Assembly: GCA_013265495.1 (NCBI GenBank)
Contig: MU058636.1
Span: 7,704,295-7,768,294, forward strand
DNA length: 64,000 bases
Reading direction: 5' to 3'
DNA from: Vicugna vicugna
Taxonomy: Eukaryota
Below are positions 35,948 through 50,389 of the stretch, one piece after another. Under the pieces are notes generated by a model that was not told where the DNA came from, did not search any database, and saw only the letters and a program-made list of their open reading frames with translations. The position numbers and the translations under genes were made by a program. Numbering within the stretch: position 1 is the first letter of the stretch; each line of letters begins with the position of its first letter.

Positions 35948-36365
35948 ATGTGTCCATTGATGAATGAAAGCTAAAGAATATATGGTACATACAGACAATG
36001 GAATATTACTCAGCCTTAAAAAGAAAGCAAATTCTGACACATGATACAACATGGATAACCCTTGAGGACATTACGCTAAGTGAAATAGCCTGTCACATGA
36101 AGACAAACACTGTATGATCCCACTTCTGTGAGGTATCTAGAGTAGTCAGATTCACAGAAACAGAAAGTAGAATGGAAGTGGCCAGGGGCTCGGTAAGGGG
36201 AAAAGGGAAGTTGTATAATACATGTAGAGTTTCAGTTTTGCAGGATGAAGAGGTTCTAGAGATGGGTTGCACAACACTGTGAATCTACTTAACCCTACTG
36301 AACTGTACACTTAAAAATGGTTAAGGTGGTAAATTTTACATTATGTATATCTTCCCACAATTTAA
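35948..36365 (+). mobile_element. LINE-1 3'UTR fragment (L1MB-like)
   Basis: acaatggaatattactcagccttaaaaag...ctgaactgtacacttaaaaatggttaag. Confidence 0.88.
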
Positions 36366-36481
36366 CAAATAACAACCTGAGAAGTTTCACACTGGAGTTT
36401 TTAAGCGTTCGTATACGAATAGTCCAACCAGTGGCAAAATACAACCTCCTTAAGAGCAGAAAGACTATTTTACTGATTTTT

Positions 36482-36648
36482 GCTTCACTGCTCAAAGTGT
36501 GGTCCATGGGTCAGCACCCCCAGCATCACCTGGGAGCTTGTTAGAAATACACAACCTCGGGCTCCACAGCGGATTTACTGAATCTGAACCTGAATCTTAA
36601 TAAGACACCCAGCTGATTCACACGCACATTAAAGTTTGAGAGGCACTG
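36482..36648. mobile_element. MER5A-like hAT-Charlie MITE
   Basis: ctcaaagtgtggtcc...cagcatcacctgggagcttgttagaaat...aaagtttgagaggcactg. Confidence 0.85.
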
Positions 36649-37689
36649 CCCGACAGCACCTAACTCAGAAATATAAGAGTTTAATCACGTTTGGCTGTTG
36701 TTTGCAGACTCGACTCTTCAAGATTTGATAAATGCATTCAAACTCTTTGCCCTAAGGGTTGCTGTCAACACAAGACGTCACCATTACACAGAGGCTAGAA
36801 ACCAGCAGTGAGCCAAGATTTACATACATTTAAAGTGGGGTTTTTAAAAAGTAACATTCTCTTTGATTCTCCATCCTGCATTTGGAAGAAACACTGAACT
36901 TGAAGATGGAGCCATCTTTGCCACCCTCCCGCTTTATTTTGGCCACTTAATGACCTCTGTGTGGCAGTATAACTCTGAGAAATGTACAGAAAAGCTAGCA
37001 TTTAGTCTGTGGATACCATTCCTGTGCTCTGAAATGCCCCTCCCACAACCACGTAGTGGGGAAAAGACCATGCATAAGGCCTTTGCTTACAGGCAGCATG
37101 CCCTCACAGCTTTTCTCTCTTGCTCCCCTTCCTCTTTCTCATTATCTCAAGAAGCTGAGCACCCCAGATCTGGCTGTATCACCGTCCTATATACCCAACT
37201 GCCTCCCTACCTCAGCCTAGGATGCTTAATAAGAGAGAATCCCAGAAACCACGGGAAGTGCAAGTTCAGGATCCGGGAGCTCTCAGACCCCCTCCTCCCA
37301 GGGCAGCCCTGGGCTTCGGTCTGAGGTTGTTGGTGGGTGGATGGGCCTCAGACGGAATCCTCCAGCCGGCGTTCTCCATGAGCAACACCTCGTAGTGCTC
37401 CCTGTGACCAATATGAGCTCCCGGTGTCACAACACTGGCAGTACTGAGAGCGGAGGATCTAGCCAACAGTGGCTTGTCCGCAGATGTGTGTCCTGTGGTT
37501 GGAGAAGTGAACAAGAGGGATGCTCTCTGAATGATGAACATGCTAACCCACCAGGCAGAGCTTTCGTAGCTCCAGGCTGGAGAAAAGAGTTACTGAGTGT
37601 GCTAACCAGGTGACAGTGTGTGGTAATTCCACGCTATACTCGCTGGAAAATAAATTAGTAGCTTGCATTTTTCTTGGATATACACTTTT

Positions 37690-37870
37690 CAAAGCACTTT
37701 CAACTACATCATCTCATTTGATCCTCACAAGACTTTGTGAGCTTAAATAGGACAGGTGTTATTATTAGCCCATTTTACAGAAAACTAACACAAGTCTTGG
37801 CAACTTTCGAGTCTGCAGTGGTAGTTGATGGCAGTGACTCAAATCCACTCACTTCACTCAACCCTTGACC
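37690..37870 (-). mobile_element. MIR SINE
   Basis: atctcatttgatcctcacaa...ttattattagcccattttacag (MIR core, antisense). Confidence 0.7.
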
Positions 37871-40354
37871 ACAGGTAACTGAATGTCTCTGGATTGCAGT
37901 TTTCTTAAATATAAATAGGAATGAAAATAATTGGTTCTTGCCCACAAGGCAGTGATAGACGTGAAGTCTATAGCACAGTGCCTGCCTGCACACAGTCAGA
38001 GGTGGTAACTGTTAGCTACGACGCTTACAGCCAGAGATCACACAGCTAATGTGTGATCACATTATACCTGAAATTCAAACCATCTTCTGTTTCTAAGTCC
38101 AGTGGTCTTCCCAGTATGCATTAATGTGAGATCCTTTAGACCCATTTTGGCCTCATCTCCTTCAGGAAGTACTTTCTGATCCCATCCCATTCCTAGCAAG
38201 TGGCCCACGTTTCTTCCCTAGGTGTATTCCATCCATCACTAGCTCACCACTCCGTGCATAAATCCACTAGGAGCAGGACCCGTGCCTCGTTGGTTTTGGT
38301 TGTCTCCAGAGCTAGATCACTGCCAGCACATGGTAAGCACAATAAATGTTTGTCAACTTCAACTCAAGTATGGCTCCCTGATGGGAATTTCGACAGGAAG
38401 CAGTCTCCTGTCCAATCTGACCACGCTGTCACCCTCTGCCTGTGCCTCTTTGTTCAGTTTGACCCCCTTTTGTCTCTTATCTCATCTCCTAGAGATCTGT
38501 TTATTAGCTGTGCCTATAATTCTCCAATTCTCATGCAGCGTTTGAATAAAATCACAGTTTAGCTCCAGCTGTGCAGGTTTCTGCAACCTAATATGAAGCC
38601 CCTGCCTGCTGCTGAGAGAACACACAGATGTGATTTAGAATCAGACTTCAGGGGAATGTTGCAGGTTGTCAAGGCTTCATTTCTGACCAAAGAAGGGGGA
38701 GGAACCCAAAAATGGGGTTGCCAGAATGAGATGGAAATGTCAAGAGCTTGAAAGGAAGCATGAAACTCAGACCCTAAACGACTGGATGATGCCAAGATGA
38801 TGGCCTTTCGTTACCGTTGTTGCTGTTTCTGCCTAATTCGAGGAAAGCGAATTACACTTGAGCAAAACAAATGCATTGCAGGTTATACATATCTGCATGC
38901 ATGTTTGCAGATACGCAGAGCTACACATGCCTGTGTGGATGTACAGGTACCTATGTCTGTGTTTTCTGGAATTAGAAACCTCCATCCTATGTAGCAAAGC
39001 CTTGATATACAAGCCCATCTTCTTATTTAATCAGTGTTATTAATATAAATAAAACCGTTCAAAATTCTTATCACGATATAATGAAAGTCATAATCATAAC
39101 CCATTGTCAAGCATTAGCTACTGCTCCTGTATACAACACATTGAATGACGTGACCGCTAGGTATTCAGTGAATGGAACTCCATTCTAACAAATTAAACAG
39201 TTTTAAGGAGGAATTTCATAAGCTTAGGGGAGCATTTCAAGGCAACAACTCATTAAATATAAGCAATCTATCCTTTCCTTCCACATTAGAAATCTTATTG
39301 CTTTGGACCCTATGTTGGAAAAATGGCTTTTGCTATTTTTGCAAGTCATCCAGGAGAAGGAAAACACAGTGACTGCTTGATTTTTAAACTTCCAAGAGGA
39401 TGTAATACAATATATTGAGATACTTTAATATATGAAATACGAACAAGGGTTCTCTGGATGGGTGCATCTATTTTCAAGCTCGTCTAACCCTATGAGAATA
39501 AAAGCCTTGCTCAATTTTACACATTACACCCTCTGTATTTCTTGGTTTGAGAAAATATAAGCAGATTTGACTCCACTTTGTTTTGGCATGAGCATAGGTA
39601 GCTGATGAAGGTGGAATGTGACATGTTAGCCAACGACAGCCCGAGCGAACCAGCAGATCGCCAGGGTAGTTTCAAAATCAGTCGGTAACACAGTCCCATG
39701 GCAAAGTCGAGATTTCCTCAGACACCTAATGTTACAAGAAAGGTCACACTGTTAATTTTGATTACGGCTGTGATTTACACTGGCTCTCCAATTTTACAAT
39801 GATTACAGATGAGCATGGAATTGGTGTCTAAAACACATTGGCTCAGGTGAAATCAGCAGGTTTTAAATGAGCAGCATACATTTTTCTCACTTTAGAAAAT
39901 AATGAGGTAATACAGTTTTCTTTTATGAACTCTACCAACCCAAAGCATCGATGCAGTTGTCTTTACATTTCATACAGTTACCGCTTAATTTCTGATGCTG
40001 GGACAGCCACATCATGAGGAAAAGATAAGGAGTTTATTTTCTGTGAGTGACCCCAACAACCTCAGCCTCAAAAGAAGAAACACTGAAAACATTAACACTG
40101 AAGTTCTGCACTCAGGCCTTGGACACTCCCTTTTTCCCCTGCCTGGTTAGAGAAACTGGGCGGAGAGCGAGAAGTGCTTGTAATCCTTTTAGTTGTCTTT
40201 CACCTACCGTTTGCCCAGAGGCAAGGTTTCACTTGAGTGATGGCTCCTGTGGTCCCAGTTTATGTAACTTTGATGGAGGCAAGGGAAAGAAGAAAGACGC
40301 ATTCCACCAGGCACGTATAGGAGGAGATGTCTAAGCTTTAAGCCACCCGGGAGA

Positions 40355-40774
40355 TGTTAAAAAATACAAATTTAACAGAGTAAATTTGAAGATCTAATTG
40401 GGTTTATTCAATGATTCGTGATTTTGCCCACCTAGCAAGCAGAGAGATCCTGCCTGGAGCTGTACAAAGTGGAAGGTTTTTATAGGCAGAAGAAGGGTGA
40501 GGCAAGGAGGTTTGCAAAAGAAAAGAGAATTGTTTTAAGCAGGGACAATCTTCTTTGGAGGGAAGAGGATGGCAGGAGTCTTACCTTGCAGACAACCTTG
40601 CTCGTGCTGACTGGAAATTTCAGATTGATTGTTTACAAAGGTCAAATTCCCAGAGAAGGTTGAAACTGCAGGTAAGTCTTGGTGTGCTGTCTGGGGCTGG
40701 CTGGGTGGCAGGCTTGGGCAGGGAGGCGCGAGGCGGGAATGACTCAATTTGGGGCTTGTTGGTTCTTTTTAACA
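40355..40774 (-). mobile_element. ERV solo LTR (probably ERV1 class)
   Basis: 420 bp bounded by inverted termini TGTTAAAAA...TTTTTAACA; minus-strand AATAAA near the left end; flanks GAGA/GGGA resemble a 4-bp TSD with one mismatch. Confidence 0.75.
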
Positions 40775-41184
40775 GGGACTATCCAAGAGTTGTATGTTTT
40801 AGGAGTCCTGAAAGGCAGGATTCTAGGCCAATTTGGAGACAGGAGAACATGAAAGGAAAAAAAAAAAGAATTCCCAATGAAAATAATCTAAGCCAAAAAC
40901 TCCGATGGGAAGCCAAGGGCACAGTTCAGAAATTCTGTTTAACGTATGAATAATAGGTTGTTTTGAATCCTAGTCTTACAAAAAAAAACAAAAAACCTCT
41001 CAGAGAAGCCCTGATCCAATCCACATTTTAGACTCACCCCGTCCCTAGACCCCTGAGCTGCTGTCATTGCAGAAAACCAGGCTGATATTGCCACAGAAGA
41101 AATGGGCAACATCTTGCAGAATCAAGTAGGATTTTCTCGTTTCCTCGGAGAGGTAACAATACGATGAGGTGAGGAAAGGAATTC

Positions 41185-41990
41185 AGCCAGTAATGTGCTA
41201 AATGTTTAACAAGTGGTTCCCGGGGAATATGCCTATATATACATACACACACTTATTGTAAATTCTACAGGTGTTAAGAATATGTAGCACACAATTGATG
41301 AATAATAATAAGATATATAATACTCTTCATTGTATATACAATATAACTACATGATTCTTACAGAATACTTTCGTTGATTTTTGCCAAACTTTTTATGGCC
41401 AATCTATAGTTGCAATTGAGAAATGGATATAGTGTGTACACGAATGTTAGTAGATACTTTCATTTAAGTCCATGAACAAGATTAAGCAAAGCAAGAAAGA
41501 TGTTGGAACTCACTTGTTTGTTAGTGACTTTGCTGGAAGAACACTGGAAGAATATTTCCTCGATTTTTTTACACTATTCACAGTGTAATGACCAAACATA
41601 TGACACATTTTAGAAGTTTAAAATCTGCATTACTTACATTTTCTCTATTATTTTCTTAAGTGCAAACCAGAGATTGGCCAACTTTTTCTGCTAAGGGCCA
41701 GATAGTAACTATGTTAAGCTTTGCAGGCCATCTGGTCTCTCTCTTAACTATCTCCATCTATACAATTCCACCACTGCAGTATGAAGGCAGCCACAGACAT
41801 ATTGACCTGAAACAGACTCCCAGATATTTCTCTGGCAAAGATGAGTTTATTTGGAATCAGCAGTTAACTGCAGTCTGGGGTCTGCCACTATGGCTAGTCA
41901 AGTACAAGTCCTCGCATGGACTTACATCACATTTCAAGTGCTCAATAGCCACAGGTGGCTCGTGGTTGCCGTATTGGCCAATGAGGCTCT
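41185..41990. mobile_element. Cluster of hAT DNA-transposon relics (MER63-like, MER58-like, MER3/33-like)
   Basis: gtgctaaatgtttaacaagtgg (~41195); aactttttctgctaagggccagatagtaa (~41680); cacatttcaagtgctcaatagccaca (~41930). Confidence 0.6.
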
Positions 41991-42079
41991 AAAATACACA
42001 CAGACAATTGCACTCAAGAAATATTAATCAACAACGTAATAAGTGGTGAAACCCAATGAAAGGTTGCCTTTGCCTTGTT

Positions 42080-42830
42080 TCATTCATTCATTCATCTGTC
42101 TGATACCAGCTGAGCACCTAGGTCACAAGCAACTGCAGGAGGTAGAAGGAAAACTAATCCATAGTCCATGCCTTCAGGGAATTCAGAGTCAAGAAGGAGA
42201 AATCAGATAATCAACAGATAAAAATAATGAGGATGGGGAAAGTTAAGAGTGCCACAAGAGAAGCACAGGTAGAGAAAACACCGTGGGACTTGAGCAGAGG
42301 GAGAGGCTCTTTCTAGCTGGAAGATCAAGAAATTTGGGGTCATTTAAACTGAAAAAAAAAGAAAAGAGAGATGGGTAGAGACTGGACTTGCAGAGTTATG
42401 GAGAAGGGCACTTGAGGCAGAGGAACCTTTGGGGCTTAAAATGAGTGAACAGGAGGAAGGTGAAAGGTCTGAAGGGTGGACAGTGGACAGTCATTACAGC
42501 TAATGAGCAAGGGACAGATGCCATCTTCAGTTTAATCTAGCAATACTGTACATAGTTTGGAAGAAACACTGAGAGATGGTGAGGGACTTCTGTAATCATT
42601 GGGTGAGAGGTACTGAAGTCATGAACTAGAAGAAGGAGAATGAAAATAAAAAGGACAGGAAGGCACAATAGATACTATTAGAAATTGAATTCACATGATT
42701 GGCAATTACATGGAATAGAGAGAAAAGAATCTGAGATGCTGAGGTGGCCAGTGTGGTACTTGTGCATTAACAACAGCAAACAAAGGACATTTGGGAGGGA
42801 AGATGATGGCTTAGTTTGGGACATACTGAA
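42080..42830 (-). mobile_element. LINE-2 fragment
   Basis: Begins cattcattcattcat; purine-rich antisense L2 motifs, ending ttagtttgggacatactgaatt. Confidence 0.6.
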
Positions 42831-45800
42831 TTCTACCAATAACTTTTTACTGGAGAAATAAATAAGTAAATCATAAAGTAAAGATCCTTGATCTACTTAA
42901 GCACATGCTCTGAGAGAAAATGAATTAGTGTCTAGGGAAGGTGATACTCTACCCTCTGCATCTGGAACCGTAGGCAAGCAGCCCCGTATCTCTGTGCATC
43001 ACTGCACTGACCACTACTTGTCATTTTCTGAGGTCAGCTCTATATTTGATTATCTGTGACTGTTGCTTTAAGTTCGATGAACATGAAATACATTAGCTAG
43101 AATACATTAGCAATGCAACTGCTAACCTGAAAAAAAGGGAGAATTCAGCATTCTTATCCCGCATACATTTTCAGGGTCTGGTTCCAAATCACATGTAAGC
43201 AGCTTGAGGCTCACCTCCCTGGAGAAAAGAGATGCTCACATCTGCCATGTTGCACAACCTCAGGGGATCAATTCACACCGTATAATATCCTACACTGTAC
43301 ACCAAGGATACAATATGAACGGTCCTGCCTGGGGCTGTGCCACACTGCAATACTGAACAGCTTGCTGCTCTTCTCATTGGTATTATGTAATTGATGAGGT
43401 TGAGGGCAGGGAGCAGGAGGAATCATGTTACCCCTTGTTTTCCATTTTAGGCAAGACCAGGAACCTGGGTTTTCAGGTCCTTAAAGATCGCAGGGTTATT
43501 ATCAAAGAAGTAAAAGAATTATCGTGCTATACATACATTCCAGCATTATTTTCAGAACAGGTGTTGCCACTATACTGATATTACTACTAACCGGGTTCTC
43601 TTCTTATCAGTAAAGCACAGCGTTGTCACTGCTGTCATGTTCTTTGGGGTAAGCACATCCCAGGTCTACCTGACCCTCCACCAAAAGGGCTTATATATCT
43701 AGAGAAAGTGAGGTGTCTGTATGGGAAAAGGAAGACTGTAAATCTTCATTACTCAATATAGGACAAGTAATTTTAGATCCCAAGATAACCCAACAATAGA
43801 GTGATGATGATGTTTGTTATCTTAGGCTGTTGCTGTGTGAATACTATTCATCATAAATTTAATCCTGGTATCTTGGGACTCTGGCAGAGTTCTAGGACTT
43901 CATTTCTTACTGTCTCCGTTACAGCTGTAAATCTCAAAATAAATACAATCATTACAAGGAAGCATCAGCAGCTGGGGTAATTAAACGCTACTTGCCTTCT
44001 GCCAGGCAGACGGAAATTAAGGACAATGTGTGCTCTTCATTACAAAATAATTCTTTACAGGTAATGTTCTACTTTAAAAATGTTGCTCCTTCTGCCAAAA
44101 GGAGCAACTTATCAGGGCGGGTACCATCCCTGGGGTCCCTGGGCATCCAAATGGAGATGCTCAAACTCAAATGCAAAAGATAAAGGGGACCTGAAATTTC
44201 CAGGCTCCTGGGGGCTCCGCTAATCAGATGACTGGGCACAAAGACTGGCTTTCTCTTCTCATATTGGAAATGCATTTGCCGTGGAATATTAACCCAATAA
44301 TCAATAAATATTTATAGAAGACAAACCATCATCTTCATTGTCATCAACTACAAAGAACATTGATTTTGCGTGTGTAACACACACATGACCCACACTAGGG
44401 GCGAAAGAACCATAAGACATGGATTAGGCCACAGATGATCGAACACCTGAACTCTAGGACGGAAACTAGGTATGGTACAAAGATACTAAGATGTAAATTG
44501 CAATGGAAAGTATATGGCAAGAGATATAGGGACAGCCACGTTAGTGAGCATTATTCTAGATTCCATGATCCAGTTAACAAGAAGTGTAAGAACTGATCAC
44601 TGTGCTCAGGGAGCTCACAGTTTAACTGGGGAATAGGCTAAACATAAAACAAGAAGAGAATGAGAGGGGTTATACTATAAAGAGCTAAGTTGTAAGATGA
44701 AGAATGAGGACCTGTGAAGACTGGAAAGAGAGAAATTGAGCAAGCAATACGGCGTCATTAGTCAGGTGTGGCTGCTAGAGCAGAGTGGGTGATTCATGTG
44801 TCCTTGAAAGCAGGGAGAGTTTGGAGAAGTGAAGGGGAGAAGGGAGGGTTCATGGCTTCAGGTGAAAATCATCTCAGTTTTGGTAAACTTTGGAACGTTG
44901 GTCTGCAAAACATTTACTCAACATCAGCAATCTGATGGCAGGATTGGACTCTTTTGAACGGGAAATGAGGAGCAGGGCATCTTGCCTAAAACTGTAGGTT
45001 CCACTGATGGCCATGCTCTTGTGTTTGGGAAACAGTCTGCTGTCCCTTCAGTAAACACTGACCAAGGGCCTGTTATGAGCTGATATTGTGCTGGGCGCTA
45101 GGAGAAGCAGGCAGGACGAGATGAACACACATCAAGGATGCGGCAGAGTGAGCAGGTTTAATTGCAAGCCAACATGATCCATCTATCAGCAGGGATAAAT
45201 GCAGAGATTGAGAGGAACGTGGAGGAGAATCCCCAAACTCAAGCTTGGGAAGTCAGGAAGAGTTGAGATGTGGAGGATGAATAGGGGTTAGTCAGGTAAG
45301 GGACACGAGACTGGAGAAAGCACATCCAGGTGGCATGAACAAGTGGTTAGCAAGCCTCCCTGGCTAGGTTTGAGAACCCAAAGTGGGTCTGTTTGGCTGG
45401 CGTGGAGAGGCACGGATTGAGCCTGGTGATACAGGCAGATGTCAGTGGTACCACATTTCTAAGCTGTGTTAAGGAATTTGGACTTTATATCCCGAGGACA
45501 GTGAAGAGTCAGTGAATAATTTTAAACTGGAGATCAACACGATAGCATGTTTAGAAACTTCCTCCAGACTGCAGTATGGAGAATGGATTGGATGACCCAG
45601 GTTCAAAGCTGACATTACTTCCCGTAGCATTTTCACACCCACATAGAATAGGAGAGGGAAAACCGTGTACAGTCCCGTCTCCTCCATCCATGCCTACTGT
45701 CTACCTCTTGACTCAAGGTGACACATTTTATTCTCAGGGCCATGGAGTTCCGGTCCTTGCCATCTACAGGAAAGTTTTTCTGATTCTACCCAGGTCCACT

Positions 45801-47639
45801 CCTGCAACAGGTAAATGGCTGCTCAAATTTCTGTCTGCTCAACACATAACAATCATGGGATTCCGTACAATTACATTGTGGAGGGGAGCACTCCAGATAA
45901 TGAGCGTAACTCAATTTAAAGTCTGCTGAAAGCTTTGGTAACGGCTTATGTGGCTGTTCAGAGAAATTGCAGCAGGTAAGAAAGCCGTCACCATAGCCAC
46001 AGAAGAACAGCTGGTATTTCGACAAAATTAAAATGTCCTCTTAGGAAAGCCTCTATCATCCCCGTGAATAGCTTTTTAGATCTCGAGGTAAAGGCCAGGT
46101 ATGTGAGTGATAAGGAACATTGTTCAGGTTATACACAGCATCCAGTGGGTAATCCAGGAGCTCCAGATTTCTTTCTCCTTTTCTTTTTTCATCTCAGGCA
46201 GTATTAGAGAAAAATCGATCTAATTTCACAAACTGTAGTTCTAGGAAATTTTTTAAAGTATTTAAAATGTGATTTTGAAAATGAGATAATAAAGCAGGAC
46301 ATCTGTGCTTTTTTTTTATTCTAGGAGTCTGAAAGAGTAAGCAGCCCGGCGGCACTTCAGGTTAATAGGATCTGGGTGTGATGGCAGTTGTTTAATATGC
46401 ACAATTAAATGCTGATTCCAATCATCACGCTGCCAGATATAAATACTATCTGGGGAGGGCTGTCTTATAAGATGACAAGACTAATAGTGCAAACACTGCA
46501 ACACCATTCGAAGGAGGAAGGAAGCCGTTCTGGAGTTTTACTAAAAATAGGATGCTCACACTGAGAAAGGAAATTAGAAGTCCATGTTCTACCTACTGAA
46601 GGTGACCACCCATTCCATCCCAAACAGTAGCGCTTGCTTCCAAACTACTCTGAGATAAAAGGAGCTTCAATGGAGGAAGAATAAGAAGCTGATAGATCTT
46701 TTGTTCTTTGGACAATAGATCCTTTCTTCCTTCCCTTCATGCCATTGTACAACTTTAATTGGATAAACAAGAAATTAGTGGCACAAATAAATATTAATAA
46801 GAAGGCCCAAACATAAGAAACAACAGTTGCATTCTGCAATATTTGATATGTGTTTTTTTAAAACCCAATACACATAATTAATTTTGCTCTCTGCACAGAT
46901 TTTTTCAGTTACATTTTTGGGAAATATATTGTTGTCTTGATTCATTATTTTTTAGGTTCTTATCCCAACTGCATGAAACTAAAGAGAAAGAAACATGATC
47001 TTGGAAAGAGAAGATAGTCAAAAAATTTGATATTTAGACATGAGAAAAAGAACCTTACTGGAGAGCATATCCCACTGAAAAAGCAATTTATTTCTGGCAT
47101 GACAAGGATACTAAACTTCCTTCTTATTGGCACATTTAATCCACTTTTGGAAGCCTTAGTGATTTTAAACGTCTAATGCTTGAAGCTAAACCCAAACCTG
47201 AACACTTTCAGAAGGATAAGAGCTGAAGCAGATAAAGCGCTTGGGAGAATTCGGCAGCAGCCCAGGTGAGGGATGGCAGTGGGAGAACAGGAGATGGTGA
47301 GAAGTAGGCTGACTTGCGTTACATTTCAGAGGATGTGGTGCAGAACGAGGGAAGACTCAGGATGAGCTCCATCTGGTCGAGCAGCTGGATGGTAGTGACG
47401 TGACCTCAAGAGCTGGGGAAGAGTTGTAGATGGGAGAAAGCTTAGAGGAGGCTGCAAATAAGAGTTCTGTCCAACTTCCCTCCCTCCCTTCTTTTCTTTC
47501 TTCCAAGCAGGGTGGGAAGGACATGGGACAGAGGATGGAGGCTACATAGATGGGTCTCGAAGAGGCTTGGGGGGCCCTGTGAGGGCTGGGCCTGCGCAAG
47601 GAGGTTGTGGAGAGACAGCCTGGTGGAATCAGGAGACTG

Positions 47640-48960
47640 GATACATAAGGTGAGTTAAGCAAACGGGTAAATATACCGGGGACACCTGGAGCCAGTTTTC
47701 TTACTGTCAGAGAAGGTGGTACAAATATAGAAAGGGGGAAAGCCAGAAGGAACCCTGTGATGTTACAGTGGAATTCACAGTGTACGTGTGTGTGTACATA
47801 TACATATACGCACACATTATATGCATACACACAAATGTGTATATGTGTGTATATACACGTACACTAATGTATATATATTTCCTAGATCTAACATCAATAC
47901 TGAAAAAAATGCAAGACAAAAGCCACACATTTCCCTGCATAAAGCCATATCGTATAGTAACTGGAATACTGTTCAGATTAGGAGCTAGAATTAAATAGTA
48001 CGACTGTATACAAAGAAAGAACCTCGTGCAAGTGATGCCATGCAGCAACGAGCACATCTGATGCTCAGATCTTGATTTCTAAATAGCACTCTCCACTAAA
48101 ACTCTCAAAGGAAACACTCCTTAAACAATTGGCTGTCTCCAGGGCTGGGCAGGGAAAAACACAAGATGAGCGTGGAACAGCTTTCTGTACCAGAAAGTAA
48201 GGAAGTGCTCAGAGAATGATGGGGCTAGGTCAAAAAGACACAGAGGCCGTCCTGAAGGGGCTACCCCTGGTCAGATATGGGACAACTCGAACATCAAAAT
48301 AAGTAATGACAGTCATGGATTACAATTCATTGAGTCACAGAGGAGTACATGGATGCACACTGATATAAATTAACAAATAACTGAGAGAAGATAAAGTCTT
48401 CTTTACTGTGGAATGCCAATAAAGAAGTTCAAAAGGAATGATGGAATTAGAGAAATGCCATTTGTCAACCATCAGAGTGATAACTGATTCAAGCAAAAAT
48501 CACAGATGACGCTAAAGTTCGGGGGTCAAAGTGGGGGATTTTATTATAGCCTCAGATGATCTCCCTATGAGATACTTATGAATTACTAAGAGTGTAATGT
48601 AACTTCACAGTGAAGAAACCTGACTGAAAGCTCCCTAATCAAGTAATCAAAGTTAAAATAAGAGGAAGCATCAAGCAAACGCAGACTGAGGGACATTCTG
48701 CAAAATGACTCATCCATGCCCTTAAAGGCCATGAGACTAAGAAGGACAGAGGAACCATCCACACCGAAGGAGACGAGGAATGTTGGTCCTGGGTTCAGCG
48801 TGTGATCCTGAATTGGATTTTTGCTGTGAAAGGCATCATTGGGGAAATCTGGGGAAACCTGAATGGGATTTCTGATGACGGGTATTCAGGATTTCTCTAT
48901 ATATAGTCTCTGCTCAACTATTCTTTAAGTCTGAAATGGTTTCCAAATTGAAGGTTAAAA
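47640..48960 (+). mobile_element. Ancient LINE-1 3'UTR (L1MC/MD-like) with internal RY-rich simple repeat
   Basis: Recognisable old-L1 motifs (gaagaaacctgac...aatcaagtaatcaaagtt; gactgagggacattctgcaaaat; ends tttccaaattgaaggttaaaaaaa). Confidence 0.65.
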
Positions 48961-49134
48961 AAAGTTCTGTTTTGACAAGTTATGTTTGAAATGGGTACAT
49001 AATGAGGGAGAAATATTTCCTCCCTTTTTAAGAAAAGTTTTAATTCTAGATTTTTTTTCTTTTGCCTCATGTATTTTGCACAAATGGATGGTATTTTCGG
49101 AATTTCTTTGCCCTCATCACCTAAATGAGATGCA

Positions 49135-49281
49135 ACTGCATTACCTGGGAACTTGGAAGAAATTCAAATCCAAGGGCTCCACTCCGAACCTGCTGGCTCA
49201 GATTCTCTAGAGAGTGATCAGAATCTGTGTTTTATCAAGCTTTCTAGATCACTGATGATTACTACAATTTGAGAAGCACTG
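49135..49281. mobile_element. MER5-like hAT-Charlie fragment
   Basis: ttacctgggaacttg...aatctgtgttttatcaagc...tttgagaagcactg. Confidence 0.7.
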
Positions 49282-49339
49282 CTTAACACTGGATAATGAT
49301 CGTTTTTTCATTGAAAACAAACAGATAGCTTTCTTTATC

Positions 49340-49830
49340 CTTATTTTTAAACTTTTATTGTTAGAACCTATACGCAGAAAAGTATGCAAATCTTAAGGGT
49401 ACAGCTCAACTAACTCACTGTTACAAAGTAAACACATCTGGGTAACCAGCACCCAGATAAGAAACAAGACACTACCTGTACCTCTGACACTATTGATTAA
49501 TTTACTTGTTTTTGAACTCGTGTAAATAAAATTATACAGTATGAATATCTTTCTTTGGCTTCCAGCTTCTTTTGTTCAAAAATTTCCCCCTAGGTTTACT
49601 AAGTTATAATTGATGAATAAATTTGTATATTAAGATACATAATATGATGAGTTGATATATGCAGACATTGTGAAATGATAACCATGATCAAGCTAATTAA
49701 CACATTCATCACCTCACATAGTTACCATTTCTTTTTGGTCTGGGGAGAACACTTAAGATCTATTCTCTTAGCAAATTTCATGTATTAAAAAAAACAGTAT
49801 TATTAACTATAGGCTCCATACTATACATTA
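49340..49830 (-). mobile_element. Two adjacent antisense LINE-1 3'-end fragments
   Basis: aagggtacagctcaac...gtaaccagcacccagat, then gaaatgataaccatgatcaagctaattaacacattcatcacctcacatagttacc. Confidence 0.75.
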
Positions 49831-50389
49831 GGAATACATAAATCCAATACTGACTGTGGCCAGATTTAATATGAGTTGGTTTATCTTTTTGAGAACAAGG
49901 ATAGATTGTGAAGAAAAGGTTTACCTATGTAAGCAAGGTCAATGATAATACAATTGATGTGAAATCTTAGTACAGGAATTGTTACATATAGGAAACCAAT
50001 AAAAACTCAATAATTGTCTAGTAAAAACAAAAGGGTGGGAGTCTGGTATGTTACAAAATTTAACTAACTTAATGTGTTAGATTTGCTTTGTAAACATAGG
50101 AAAGGCTTGGTTCTCTACTTTCTAAGCTATTCAAGGAATCTGTATAACATGGGAGTTAAATTTTTAGTTTTTGAAATCCAACATAATGTATTAAAAAAGA
50201 ATGTTTACACATATTGTAATTGTAATCATTAGTAAAAGAAAATGATGCCAGAAGTTTTCTTAACCAACTTCCACTACAGTGACTCATTGGATTCAAAGGT
50301 AACTCTCTATTCTCTTTGTAAAACATACTCATGGATACCCTTGGCCATGGACATGCTGATCCCTCATGCATAGAACATCAAACCTCTAA

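Noticed and set aside
37266..37613. 91-aa (-) and 90-aa (+) ORFs in a GC-richer patch
   Set aside because: No recognisable homology or convincing splice architecture; BLASTX would be needed to revive it.
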